Source of the DNA: Terriglobia bacterium
GTDB lineage: Bacteria > Acidobacteriota > Terriglobia > 20CM-2-55-15
Length of the DNA stretch: 64,000 bases
Assembly: GCA_963664115.2 (NCBI GenBank)
Contig: CAXWPJ010000005.1
Span: 96,001 to 160,000, forward strand
Reading direction: 5' to 3'
Shown here: piece by piece, positions 44,873 to 54,178 of the stretch
Numbering within the stretch: the first letter of the stretch is position 1
Layout of the letters: each line of letters opens with the position of its first letter
Made by a program: the position numbers and the translations under genes
Notes under the pieces: generated by a model
Told to the model about the DNA's origin: nothing
Database searches by the model: none
Seen by the model: only the letters and a program-made list of their open reading frames with translations

Positions 44873-45901
44873 TTAATCGGGCGCGTTTGCCAGCCAGGCC
44901 AGTTGCGCATCGGCACATTCGCCGACCACCGTCAGATGGCGCCTGACGGCTTCGCTGCTGACAAAGGGATGCGCGTCGCCTGGTAAACGAAAGTTGACTG
45001 CGTTGATTTTGTCCAGCGTCCGGTCGTGGTTCGTGTGGCTCGACAGATAAACATCAGCGCGAGCCCGTGCCGTTATGTCCCGAAAACGTTTGGCCGAGGC
45101 ACTGTAGGTTCGCAGAGCATCAGCGCGCTCTGAGAAATGCCGGTAGCCGAAGCCGTTCCCGCCCCAAAGGCTGCCAAGATGCCATCGGTCTCCATCTTTG
45201 AGTGGAACCAGCGTCGATATCGTGCCCGGAGTGTGACCGGGTGTGACGTAGAGAGTCAGCGTCGTATCCCCGAGCGTCAGTTCCATACCATCGGTGGCGA
45301 TCATGTCTTTTCTGGGCTTGAGCTCCGCAGCGTTGTTGTCATTGGCCATCACGTCCCAGTCCGCCTCCGACATGATGATGCGTGCGCCGTAAGTATCCTG
45401 GAGATATTTGGCACCCAGATAATGGTCGCCGTGGGCGTGCGCCACAATGACGTACTTGATATCAGCCGGATCCAGACCCAGTTGGGTGAGTCCCTCCGTG
45501 ATCTGCGCTTCAGCCATGTAATCGAAGGCCGTGTCGTGCAGGATAATGCCTTCCGAAGTCGTCACCGCCCACATTGACTGCAAATAGCTGCCGACGTAGT
45601 AGAGGTTGTCAAACAGTTGCGCGGGGGCCTCGTACCAGTCCTCGCGCGGCGGTATTGTGCGCGTGGTCGGCGCCGGAGTTGGAGCGGGTGTCGCTTGGGC
45701 GGCGGGTGCAGGCCGGGGAGGGGCCGGCTCCCTGCAAAGCCCATCGAATATCCAGGTGAAATCCTGTCCGGGGGCGTACGCTGCGGCCCTGGCCGCGGCG
45801 ACATGAGACTCAGCCGCACCGGCCTGGCCGAGCGCCTGACTTCGGTTCAAGCCACTCAGAAGCAGGACAGTGCAGAACATCGGTACCAGATGGCCCTTCA
45901 T
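44873..45901 (-). CDS. Exported subclass-B3-like MBL-fold hydrolase
   Basis: FDNLYYVG, HAHGDH, TPGHTPG, SSH; signal peptide. Confidence 0.88.
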   Translation of the reverse strand: MKGHLVPMFCTVLLLSGLNRSQALGQAGAAESHVAAARAAAYAPGQDFTWIFDGLCREPAPPRPAPAAQATPAPTPAPTTRTIPPREDWYEAPAQLFDNLYYVGSYLQSMWAVTTSEGIILHDTAFDYMAEAQITEGLTQLGLDPADIKYVIVAHAHGDHYLGAKYLQDTYGARIIMSEADWDVMANDNNAAELKPRKDMIATDGMELTLGDTTLTLYVTPGHTPGTISTLVPLKDGDRWHLGSLWGGNGFGYRHFSERADALRTYSASAKRFRDITARARADVYLSSHTNHDRTLDKINAVNFRLPGDAHPFVSSEAVRRHLTVVGECADAQLAWLANAPD

Positions 45902-46078
45902 TTTTATTGACTCCTTTGACTTCTCGCGCCCTCAGGCGAACTGCGTGCTTGCTGATTCGTGTTGGTTTCGGAGGCGAATTATATCAGATTGCACCTCATC
46001 AGCACCTTACTTGGCTACGCTCTCTGTGACACAAATCGCATGCGATTGGACCGATTGCTGTTGCTCCAACCCAAGCGC

Positions 46079-46993
46079 CTACTTCCTGATAATTTTTTTG
46101 ATTTTCCCGCCGAGCGTCCCGGTGTCAGCCAGGTACAACGCGCCGGTTTCTGGATCCAAAGTAATATTGTGTGGCCGGGCTTCGAGACCGCCGATCACCT
46201 CAATTGTCCGCCCGTCTTTCACGACCTTGATCCTCTCCCCGTCGGTATCACCGACGTAAACCGTATCGTCAGCATCCATCGTGAAGCCGGATCCCATGAT
46301 GAGGTCCAGATCGGGCCACTCTTCGATAAACGTGCCGTTTTGATCCCAAACCTGAATACGTGGCTCGTTGGAATGACCATCCAAAACGATCAGGCGACCT
46401 CGCGAGTCAATCTGGACCCCATGGATCTCTTCAAATTCGCCCGGTTCCTTTCCGGCAACGCCACCGATCACCTTAATGAAGGCTCCCTCGCTCGAAAAAT
46501 GTACGATCCGGTTGTTCCTGTAACCGTCCGCGACAAAGATATCGCCATTCGGAGCTACGGCAACGTCACTTGCGCGATTGAACGCGTCGGGCGAACTGTT
46601 GTTGCCCGCGACGCCTTTCGTGCCAAGCGCCATGACCTGCTGCCCGTCCATGGTGAATTTGTAGATCATCTGGCCACTTCTGTCTCCGATCCAGACGAAG
46701 CCTTCATGGTCGACATCGATGTTGTGCGAGTCGAGAAACAAACCCTCGCCCCAGGAGTCCTGGAGTTCTCCCTCGCGGTTGAAAATCAGGACTTGCGGAT
46801 CCGAGCGTTTCAACACGAGTATCGATCCCTTGCCATCGGCCGCTATCGACCTCGTATCGGACCTCTCGCCTCCCGCCGTGTTCACGTGGGGCGCCCCAAA
46901 GATGGTGGCCGTGTAGTTGCTGTTCGTAGTCTGGGCGAAAGCAGATGCACCCAACCCGAACACGACGCATGTCACACACATAAACTTTTTCAT
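46079..46993 (-). CDS. NHL-repeat (peptidyl-alpha-hydroxyglycine lyase-like) exported protein
   Basis: SHNIDVD, DVAVAPNGDIFVADGYRNNRI, IHGV, PHNI. Confidence 0.82.
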   Translation of the reverse strand: MKKFMCVTCVVFGLGASAFAQTTNSNYTATIFGAPHVNTAGGERSDTRSIAADGKGSILVLKRSDPQVLIFNREGELQDSWGEGLFLDSHNIDVDHEGFVWIGDRSGQMIYKFTMDGQQVMALGTKGVAGNNSSPDAFNRASDVAVAPNGDIFVADGYRNNRIVHFSSEGAFIKVIGGVAGKEPGEFEEIHGVQIDSRGRLIVLDGHSNEPRIQVWDQNGTFIEEWPDLDLIMGSGFTMDADDTVYVGDTDGERIKVVKDGRTIEVIGGLEARPHNITLDPETGALYLADTGTLGGKIKKIIRK

Positions 46994-47069
46994 CGAAACC
47001 CTCCGTCAATGGCGTCATTCAAAAATGTGGTCACTCGAATTTCCAGGGCCTGAACAAAACAGACCTCCA

Positions 47070-48287
47070 CTACTCCATCGGTTCGATCCGGCGAATCTGC
47101 CCAGCAGCATCAGGGTGACTGTAGCTGGTGAAGTAGATCAGACCATCGGGACCCTGCCGCACGTCGCGGAGCCATTCGCCAATAGCGCTGAACAGGTTTT
47201 CGCGAACATCCGTTCCGTCCGGGCTGAATGCGACGCGATGAAGCTGCTGGGTTGCCAGCCCGCCCACGAAGAGACTGCCCGTCCATTCGGGGAACCGGTC
47301 CCCAGTGTAGAACATCATTCCAGTTGGATGGATGTCTGGAGTGCGCCAGATGATTTCTCCCTCCGTCAGTTCAACTCCCTCGGGCCGGGGCAGTATGGGG
47401 ACCGGAGTCCCGCCGGCAGCGCTGCCGGACCCGCCCACCGAGGTGTAGGGCCAACCATAGTTGCCGCCGGGTGTGAGGATGTTGGCCTCGTCGCCGTGTT
47501 CCAGGTCCCAGACCTCCCCGGTTTCGGGATGAACGACCAGACCGTGCACGTTCTGATGTCCAATGGTGAATATTTCAGGACGGAATCCGTCGCGGCCCAC
47601 AAAAGGATTACCGGGCGCAGGAGTGCCGTCGTCGTTGAGACGCAGGATCTTACCCGCGTGGTCGTTCATTTGTTGGGCGCGCACGGTCTGGGGACCTCCG
47701 CCCCCAACGCTGACCGTCATGTACAACATGTCGTCCGGAGCGAATACGATCCGCGAGTTCTGACGTCCCATTGTCATGGCCCACGCGTCCGCCACGAACA
47801 ATTCCTCGAAGTCGTTCAGCGTCGTCCCGTCAAACGTACCGCGACCCAGGGCCATCGTGGTGCCGTCTGCGCCGGATATGTTGTAGGTGAGATACACCAG
47901 GTTGTTTTCTGCAAAGTTCGGATGAAGCTTAACGTCCATCAAGCCCTGTGAGGCGCCGGTGTGATTCACTTCCGGCACACCGCCGATGGGCTCCTGCTCT
48001 AGCTCGCCGTCACGAATGAGGCGTAAGCGGCCTTCCATCTCCGTAAAGAGCATGTCCCCGTCGGGCAGAAAGGCCATGGAATACGGGTAGGACAGACCGT
48101 CGGCGACCGTGACGACACGAATCTGGTACTCCGTCGTCTCGAATACCTGGGCTTCAGGAACTGCAGCGACATCGGGTGGATTCTCCGCCTCGGGGGCTCC
48201 GGGAGTACAGCCGACAGCCAGCGTCAAGAACAGGACGGCCCGGAATCCGATCGCGATGAAGCGCATCGGTGAGGACGGGTGTTTCAT
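47070..48287 (-). CDS. GdhB/YliI-like beta-propeller lipoprotein, atypical motifs
   Basis: MAFLPDG, GLMDVKLHPNF, GKILRLNDDG, NYGWP, RDVRQGPDG; lipobox AVGC. Confidence 0.85.
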   Translation of the reverse strand: MKHPSSPMRFIAIGFRAVLFLTLAVGCTPGAPEAENPPDVAAVPEAQVFETTEYQIRVVTVADGLSYPYSMAFLPDGDMLFTEMEGRLRLIRDGELEQEPIGGVPEVNHTGASQGLMDVKLHPNFAENNLVYLTYNISGADGTTMALGRGTFDGTTLNDFEELFVADAWAMTMGRQNSRIVFAPDDMLYMTVSVGGGGPQTVRAQQMNDHAGKILRLNDDGTPAPGNPFVGRDGFRPEIFTIGHQNVHGLVVHPETGEVWDLEHGDEANILTPGGNYGWPYTSVGGSGSAAGGTPVPILPRPEGVELTEGEIIWRTPDIHPTGMMFYTGDRFPEWTGSLFVGGLATQQLHRVAFSPDGTDVRENLFSAIGEWLRDVRQGPDGLIYFTSYSHPDAAGQIRRIEPME

Positions 48288-48421
48288 AGCCTACCTCCGT
48301 AACAATGAAATGGCTCTGGGTTCATAAATTTGGCGCGGAATATAACATGATCGATAGCCAGGCCGATTATAATTCCATCCCTGGCCAAAAGATTTGACTA
48401 TGTTGAGGTTGGAAGTTTACG

Positions 48422-49249
48422 ATGCGGGGCAATTTTAGGAGTATGCCAATGGCGAGCGCACTGAGGGTAGGAGCCACCTGCGGTTTCCTGGTACTGATAA
48501 TCGTGTTAGGGGGGGCGACGCTGGGGGCCCAAAGCGTTGAGCAGTTCGATAAGTCCTTTTTGTTTATCGGAAACTGGGATACCGGGATCGGGAACCCCGA
48601 CGGTCAGGATCGCGGGAATTGCGGCGGCCGCCTGGGAGACTACGGTGAAAAGCTGCTCAACTGCTCGTTGCCGGTTGACCAACTCCCTTTGAATCTGCGG
48701 GGGGAAGCGTGGCTCGAGTTCGCAGATCAACGCGCCTCACCGGCGCTGGCCGAGTGTGCGGAGGTGGCCGTGCCAGGCCTGGTGGCCGGTGGGGTCTACA
48801 TATCCGGATATCCGAACCGATTGGAGTTTCAGCATCCCGCTGAGGCGGGGACAATCGTTGGCCGGACCATCTGGATGGATGGTCGCGGACACCCGGAGGC
48901 TCGAAAGCTCTTCCAGCACGGGGATTCGATCGGCTGGTGGGACGGAGACGATCTGGTTGTCGAAACCACCAACTTCACATTCGATCCGGATGGTATCGAT
49001 GATCATCTCCACATGGCCTCTTCGGTGCGGAAGAGAGTGACCGAGCGCTACCGCATCATCGACGATGACAATCTGCGACTCATCATCACACTGGAAGATC
49101 CAGTGTTCCTGACCCGGCCGTTCACCTACGCGTACGTCTTGAACAGACTCGAGGGAGGGCCGCGGACGGGTTGGCGTGCCTGCGATCCCGAGGTTGCCAG
49201 AAACGAGGTTCTTTTCGCTTACCCTGGAGATAAGTATCCGGAGGACTGA
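48422..49249 (+). CDS. Exported hypothetical protein (DUF6152-partner family), close paralogue of 21291-22127
   Basis: Shares a 35-aa identical block GNPDGQDRGNC...QLPLN with 21291-22127. Confidence 0.82.
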   Translation: MRGNFRSMPMASALRVGATCGFLVLIIVLGGATLGAQSVEQFDKSFLFIGNWDTGIGNPDGQDRGNCGGRLGDYGEKLLNCSLPVDQLPLNLRGEAWLEFADQRASPALAECAEVAVPGLVAGGVYISGYPNRLEFQHPAEAGTIVGRTIWMDGRGHPEARKLFQHGDSIGWWDGDDLVVETTNFTFDPDGIDDHLHMASSVRKRVTERYRIIDDDNLRLIITLEDPVFLTRPFTYAYVLNRLEGGPRTGWRACDPEVARNEVLFAYPGDKYPED

Positions 49250-49406
49250 GTAAGAATAGGGTAAGAGTAAGTAGGGAAGAGTGGGTGGGGCAATGGAACC
49301 CGTCTCGCCCTGCCAGGACCAAGACCCGCCTGTTGTGTCACCAATCGATGCTCCCGTGCGTCGGACGAGTCCGTTCGGCCGCTTGATTCGTCCCGCCTGC
49401 GAATGC

Positions 49407-49434
49407 GCCCCCTTCATTAAGCCCCCTTCATTAA
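49407..49434. repeat. 14-bp tandem duplication GCCCCCTTCATTAA x2
   Basis: Read directly in the intergenic region upstream of hflK. Confidence 0.88.
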
Positions 49435-49605
49435 GTTGCGCCACAGCATAGGGTCGACTATCCTCAGATGTGTCCTGTTTCCTTTCAACTTCCTCTTGTT
49501 CTTGCGCACAGACCTCTGCGCGCTACTTCCTTCTCTGACAGGCAAACCGGGACGGGTCCCACACGTGTTGTCTCGTGCTCCCGTCTCTTTTAACGAGGTT
49601 CTAAG

Positions 49606-50625
49606 ATGAAAATCAGAGTGCTTGATAACGACATCGAGCTCCCAGACTTTGACCCGAAAAAATTCGGGGCGAGGCCGGTTCTGATCATTGCCGCGATTGT
49701 TTTCGGGCTGGCGATGGTCTGGAGCGCCGTGTATCAGATTGCGCCCGAAGAGGCCGGAGTCGTGCTCCGTCTGGGGCGCTTTGTCCGGACGACGGATCCC
49801 GGACTCCGCTTCAAGATCCCATTTCTCGAACAGGTTCAGAAAGTGCCGGTCCAGCGGCAGCTCAAGCAGGAGTTCGGCTTCCGGACTGTTACCGCGGGAG
49901 TTCAGAGTAATTTCACGACCGTCGGCTTGAACGACGAGTCGTTGATGTTGACGGGTGACTTGAACGTGGCCGTCGTGGAGTGGATCGTCCAGTACCGTGT
50001 GGCCGACGTCTACGACTACCTGTTTAAAGTGCGCAATGTCGAGGAAACATTCCGTGACATGAATGAAGCCGTCATGCGAGAGGTCGTCGGTGATCGTACG
50101 GTTACCGAGGTTCTCACGATCGGAAGGCAGGACATCGAGGTCACTGCGCAAGTCCGGCTGCAGAGGCTGAGCGATCAGTATGAGAACGGAATCCGGATCG
50201 AGCAGGTTGTGTTGCAGGACGTCAATCCGCCGGACCCGGTGAAACCTTCCTGGGACGAGGTGAACCAGGCACAGCAGCAACGGGACCAGTTGATCAACGA
50301 AGCGCTGACCGACTACAACAGCGTCATCCCCAGAGCCCGGGGTGAAGCCGAGCAGGCGATTCTTCAGGCGGAAGGGTACGCGGTGAACCGCGTCAATCGT
50401 GCAGAGGGTGATGCCGCCCGCTTTATAGCCGTCTATGACGAGTATCGCCAGGCTCCTGAAGTGACTCGCCGACGGATGTACCTGGAAACAATGTCGTCCA
50501 TGATGGCCCGTGTTCCCGGCAAGGTGATCCTCGACAGCAACGCCCAGGGCATTCTTCCGTTGCTTCCCCTCGATGGAATTACTAACCGGCTCGCCAGCAA
50601 CTCTCTGAATCAAGGAGGCAACTGA
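49606..50625 (+). CDS. hflK: FtsH protease modulator HflK
   Basis: GVVLRLG, MLTGDLN, LQDVNPPDPV, IPRARGEA, APEVTRRRMYLETM. Confidence 0.93.
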   Translation: MKIRVLDNDIELPDFDPKKFGARPVLIIAAIVFGLAMVWSAVYQIAPEEAGVVLRLGRFVRTTDPGLRFKIPFLEQVQKVPVQRQLKQEFGFRTVTAGVQSNFTTVGLNDESLMLTGDLNVAVVEWIVQYRVADVYDYLFKVRNVEETFRDMNEAVMREVVGDRTVTEVLTIGRQDIEVTAQVRLQRLSDQYENGIRIEQVVLQDVNPPDPVKPSWDEVNQAQQQRDQLINEALTDYNSVIPRARGEAEQAILQAEGYAVNRVNRAEGDAARFIAVYDEYRQAPEVTRRRMYLETMSSMMARVPGKVILDSNAQGILPLLPLDGITNRLASNSLNQGGN

Positions 50626-51563
50626 TGAAAGGCATGGCCAAAGCTCCACTATTGATATCGGCCGGTATCGTTGGATTGATTCTCCTCGGCAGTGGACTCT
50701 TTGTCGTGGACGAAACCCAGCAGGTGATCATCACGCAATTCGGCGACCCCGTCGGCGAAGCGATCACGACCCCGGGTCTCAAGTTCAAAATACCCTTTAT
50801 CCAGATGGCCAATTATTTCGACAATCGTTTTCTGGAATGGGACGGTGAACCGAATCAGGTGCCGACCCGCGACAAGCGGTTCATCTGGGTGGATGCCTAT
50901 GCACGCTGGAGGATCAGTGACCCCCTGATGTATCTGGAAAGACTCCGCGGGGATGAGAATACGGCCCAGTCGCGCCTGGACGATATTCTGGACGGCGAGA
51001 CGCGCAACGCTATTGCCCGCAACGATCTGCTCCAGGTGGTTCGGACCAGCAACCGGCAACCCGAGACGGTCGAAGGCGATCAAGAGGAAACCGGAATCCT
51101 CGACGAAATCACGACCGGCAGGGCGGACATCTCGGCGGGTATTCGAGAGACGGCTGCGCCACGGTTGGCCGAACTCGGGCTCGAACTCGTCGATTTTCAG
51201 ATCAAGCGGATCAATTACGTGGCAGAAGTGCAACAGGATGTATTCGCGCGAATGATCGCTGAGCGGCAACGAATTGCGCAACAGTACCGTTCAGAAGGTG
51301 AAGGAGAAGCAGCGCGCATCCGGGGCGAGAGGGAACGCGACCTCCAGGCTATCCAGTCGGAAGCCTACCGGCAGGCCGAGGAAGCTCGAGGCGTGGCTGA
51401 CGCTGACGCCTCGCGCATTTACGCGGATGCCTACAGCCGGGATGGTGGGTTCTATGAATTCACCAAGAGCATGGAGACCTTCGAGACCGCGATCGATCCC
51501 AATACGCTCATGATTCTGACGACGGATAATGCGCTGTTCAAGTATCTCAACCAGCCGCAATGA
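50625..51563 (+). CDS. hflC: FtsH protease modulator HflC
   Basis: QFGDPV, PGLKFKIPF, VDAYARWRI, RMIAER, YRSEG; overlaps the hflK stop. Confidence 0.93.
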   Translation: MKGMAKAPLLISAGIVGLILLGSGLFVVDETQQVIITQFGDPVGEAITTPGLKFKIPFIQMANYFDNRFLEWDGEPNQVPTRDKRFIWVDAYARWRISDPLMYLERLRGDENTAQSRLDDILDGETRNAIARNDLLQVVRTSNRQPETVEGDQEETGILDEITTGRADISAGIRETAAPRLAELGLELVDFQIKRINYVAEVQQDVFARMIAERQRIAQQYRSEGEGEAARIRGERERDLQAIQSEAYRQAEEARGVADADASRIYADAYSRDGGFYEFTKSMETFETAIDPNTLMILTTDNALFKYLNQPQ

Positions 51564-51588
51564 GAGACGTATTTTTCGCAAGGCGAAT

Positions 51589-51614
51589 AAAAAGGGCCGC
51601 TTGGCTGCGGCCCT
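51589..51614 (-). terminator. Intrinsic terminator of tRNA-Arg
   Basis: Minus strand AGGGCCGC-AGCCAA-GCGGCCCT-TTTT. Confidence 0.75.
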
Positions 51615-51617
51615 GAA

Positions 51618-51691
51618 TACGCCCGACAGGATTTGAACCTGTGACCTCTGGTTTCGGAGACCAGCACTCTATCCAGCTGAGCTACGGGCGC
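51618..51691 (-). tRNA. tRNA-Arg(CCG)
   Basis: GCGCCCGTAGCTCAGCTGGATAGAGTG-CTGGT-CTCCGAA-ACCAG-AGGTC-ACAGGTTCAAATCCTGT-CGGGCGTA; CCA not encoded. Confidence 0.96.
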
Positions 51692-51701
51692 GGACAGCTT
51701 C

Positions 51702-51730
51702 AGTCTAGGGATTGGGGAAACTTGCGTCAA
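51702..51730 (-). promoter_or_regulatory. Sigma70 promoter of tRNA-Arg
   Basis: TTGACG-17 nt-TAGACT, 10 nt upstream of the tRNA. Confidence 0.75.
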
Positions 51731-51850
51731 GACGATCCCTTGCCCCTCGAAACCGCAGGATCCCCTACGCTTTCTGTAAAGCTGCGGTCGAATTAGAATC
51801 TGGAAGACCTTGGAAAACGATGACGGGTGGACGCGCATGAGTGGACGGAA

Positions 51851-52981
51851 ATGAACGGCGAACTTGCAGACAGCCCTGAGCTCGAACAAAGCCCTGAGCT
51901 TCGAAAGAGCCGGGTTGCCACCAAGTACTGGCATGTTGTTGAAGATGGTCGTGTCCAGTGCGATGTCTGTCCGCGATTCTGCCGCTTGGGGGAGGGGCAA
52001 CGGGGATTCTGTTTTGTGCGTGCGCGTCACGAGGATCAGATCGTTCTGACGACATACGGTCGTTCCAGTGGTTTCGCGATTGATCCCATCGAGAAGAAAC
52101 CGTTAAATCACTTCCTGCCGGGCACGTCGGTTCTTTCCTTCGGTACCGCCGGCTGCAATCTGGGTTGCCGGTTCTGCCAGAACTGGGACATCAGCAAGTC
52201 GCGTGAGTTCGACACCCTTACCGTCGAAGCGTCTCCCGCGGCGATCGCCCGTGCGGCGGAATCGGAGGGTTGCCGGAGTGTCGCGTTTACCTACAACGAT
52301 CCCGTCATCTTTATGGAGTATGCGATCGACGTCGCGCGCGAATGCAGGAAGAGGGGTATACGGACCGTCGCTGTGACGGCCGGATACATTGCCGCCGAGC
52401 CCCGTAAGGAATTCTTCGAGTATATAGACGCGGCGAACGTTGACCTGAAGGCCTTCACGGAGAGTTTTTATTCAAAGATCTGTGCGGGACACCTGGACCC
52501 GGTGCTCGAGACGCTTCTTTACCTGAAGCGGGAGACGGATGTCTGGGTCGAACTGACGGACCTGCTCATTCCTGGTGAGAACGATGGTGATGACGAACTG
52601 GACCAGATGACTGCTTGGGTGGTGGACCATCTCGGAGTGGACACACCGCTGCACTTTTCGGCGTTTCATCCGGACTGGAAGCTCCTGGATCGTGGTCCGA
52701 CTCCCAGGGAAACCCTTATGCGCGCACGCCGGATCGCGATCGGAAACGGTTTGCGGTATGTCTACACGGGAAACATTCACGACGTTCAATCTGACACGAC
52801 CTATTGCCACGCTTGCGGGGGCAAGCTCATCGGTCGTGACTGGTACGAACTCCACGAGTGGAACCTGGACGAAAGTGGGCGATGCTCCGCCTGCCATGCG
52901 GCGTGTGCAGGGATCTTCGATCCGCTGCCAGGAAATTGGGGCCGGCGTCGGGACCCGGTCGAGATGGACAGATTTAGATGA
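51851..52981 (+). CDS. amrS: AmmeMemoRadiSam-system radical SAM enzyme
   Basis: CDVCPRFC, DPIEKKPLNHF, GCNLGCRFCQNW, VAFTYNDP, NVDLKAF; start 51851 or GTG 51827. Confidence 0.88.
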   Translation: MNGELADSPELEQSPELRKSRVATKYWHVVEDGRVQCDVCPRFCRLGEGQRGFCFVRARHEDQIVLTTYGRSSGFAIDPIEKKPLNHFLPGTSVLSFGTAGCNLGCRFCQNWDISKSREFDTLTVEASPAAIARAAESEGCRSVAFTYNDPVIFMEYAIDVARECRKRGIRTVAVTAGYIAAEPRKEFFEYIDAANVDLKAFTESFYSKICAGHLDPVLETLLYLKRETDVWVELTDLLIPGENDGDDELDQMTAWVVDHLGVDTPLHFSAFHPDWKLLDRGPTPRETLMRARRIAIGNGLRYVYTGNIHDVQSDTTYCHACGGKLIGRDWYELHEWNLDESGRCSACHAACAGIFDPLPGNWGRRRDPVEMDRFR

Positions 52982-53722
52982 CCTCGGAGCTTGACCTCGA
53001 GCGTCAGCATCATCCCGATGCGATTCGCGAGCGATTGGAGAGCCCCCGTTCCAACGTACGTCGCCAGCGCAGTGCTGGGAGCGATCGACGGGTCCGTGAC
53101 GACGTTTGCGATCGTGGCCGCATCGGTGGGCGGCGGACTCTCCGAATCCGTGATCATCGTATTGGGTCTGGCAAACCTGCTGGCGGACGGCTTCAGCATG
53201 GCTGTGGGCAACTACCATGCCACCGAGAGTCAGGTCCAGCGGATCGAGATGGCGCGCCGCGTCGAAAACGATCATATCGACAGGGTGCCGGAAGGCGAGA
53301 GGGAAGAAGTCCGCGTGATCCTGGAACGTAAAGGGCTTAGCGGGGAGTCTCTGGAGAACGCCGTAGCCGTGATTACCAGTGACCGCCGCCTGTGGGTGGA
53401 CACGATGGTGGCTGAAGAATGGGGACTGCCTGTATCGCACCCGTCGCCTTTCAAGGAAGCTCTCGCTACATTCGGCGCGTTCGGGGCGTGCGGCTTTCTT
53501 CCCCTGCTCCCCTTCCTTGTTCTGGGAGGGGACCTGCAGGGTCAGTTTGTGATCAGCGTCGGGCTGACAGGTTTCGCTTTTCTGGCAGTTGGCGTGTTGA
53601 AGGGGATTGTCCTGGATTCCTCACCCCTTCGGTCGGGGACTGTGACACTCATGACAGGCGGAATTGCCGCGGGATTGGCCTACGCTGTGGGAGCCTTCCT
53701 GCGTCTCTGGCTGGGAGCTTAG
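52978..53722 (+). pseudogene. VIT1/CCC1 family transporter with a single-base frameshift in a C-run
   Basis: ATG 52978 overlaps the upstream stop (ATGA) and gives MTSELDLERQHHPDAIRERLES; removing one C from 53043-53047 joins it to PVPTYVASAVLGAIDG...NLLADGFSMA. Confidence 0.8.
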
Positions 53723-53919
53723 ACCGGGCACTCGGAGGCAGAAGTTCGATGTGCAAAGGTTTAGTCACTGTTCCATCGGATCATCGACTGAACCTGAACG
53801 CACGGGCTCGCCGCTTAGTTCTCGGTTCCGTTCACCCGGACCGGCAAGCGTGGCACCGATTTTTGTCAGTGATGGGCCCGTCACTTGGCATTGAAAGTCG
53901 CCGCTTGGGATATTTGGGG

Positions 53920-53947
53920 TTGACACTCGGACCGACATCTTCATAAT
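53920..53947 (+). promoter_or_regulatory. Sigma70 promoter of the porin-amt-glnK operon
   Basis: TTGACA-16 nt-CATAAT immediately before the structured leader. Confidence 0.65.
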
Positions 53948-53960
53948 AGGGGGCGACAAA

Positions 53961-54028
53961 GATACAACGGAGTATCGTTTGTGTAGACGATGAAGTCTTC
54001 GGGAGGGTTGCCCCCGAGGGCTTTTTTT
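53961..54028 (+). promoter_or_regulatory. ANTAR-type dual hexaloop RNA + overlapping terminator (element 1)
   Basis: GATAC-AACGGA-GTATC, then AGAC-GATGAA-GTCT overlapping terminator AAGTCTTCGGG/CCCGAGGGCTT + T run. Confidence 0.8.
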
Positions 54029-54034
54029 GTTTAC

Positions 54035-54108
54035 GAGACATTGCTGTCTTCACCCGACAAAGGCGTCCATTCACACCCGGAATTGCGGGCGTGGTGGGCG
54101 TTTTTTTT
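54035..54108 (+). promoter_or_regulatory. ANTAR-type dual hexaloop RNA + overlapping terminator (element 2)
   Basis: GAGAC-ATTGCT-GTCTT, then GAC-AAAGGC-GTC overlapping terminator GGCGTCCATTCAC...GTGGTGGGCGTT + T8. Confidence 0.82.
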
Positions 54109-54178
54109 GTTTCAACTAAGTGTTTTTGTCACGCAACTATTTCGACGGTCGATTGACCCGTCGGTTGAGGGAAATCTA

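Noticed and set aside
49417-50649. Long antisense or alternate-frame ORFs (also 8326-9222, 10907-11971, 26844-28100, 33194-34279, 45959-47053)
   Set aside because: Shadows of well-supported genes in GC-rich DNA.
51871-51906. Imperfect repeat AGCCCTGAGCT x2 at the radical SAM 5' end
   Set aside because: In-frame, in a variable N-terminal tail; no evident consequence.
53851-53868. Sigma54 promoter (TGGCAC...) upstream of the amt operon
   Set aside because: No GC at the -12 position with correct spacing.
53990-54178. N-terminal extension of the porin ORF in the track
   Set aside because: Runs through two terminators; the signal peptide begins at ATG 54179.
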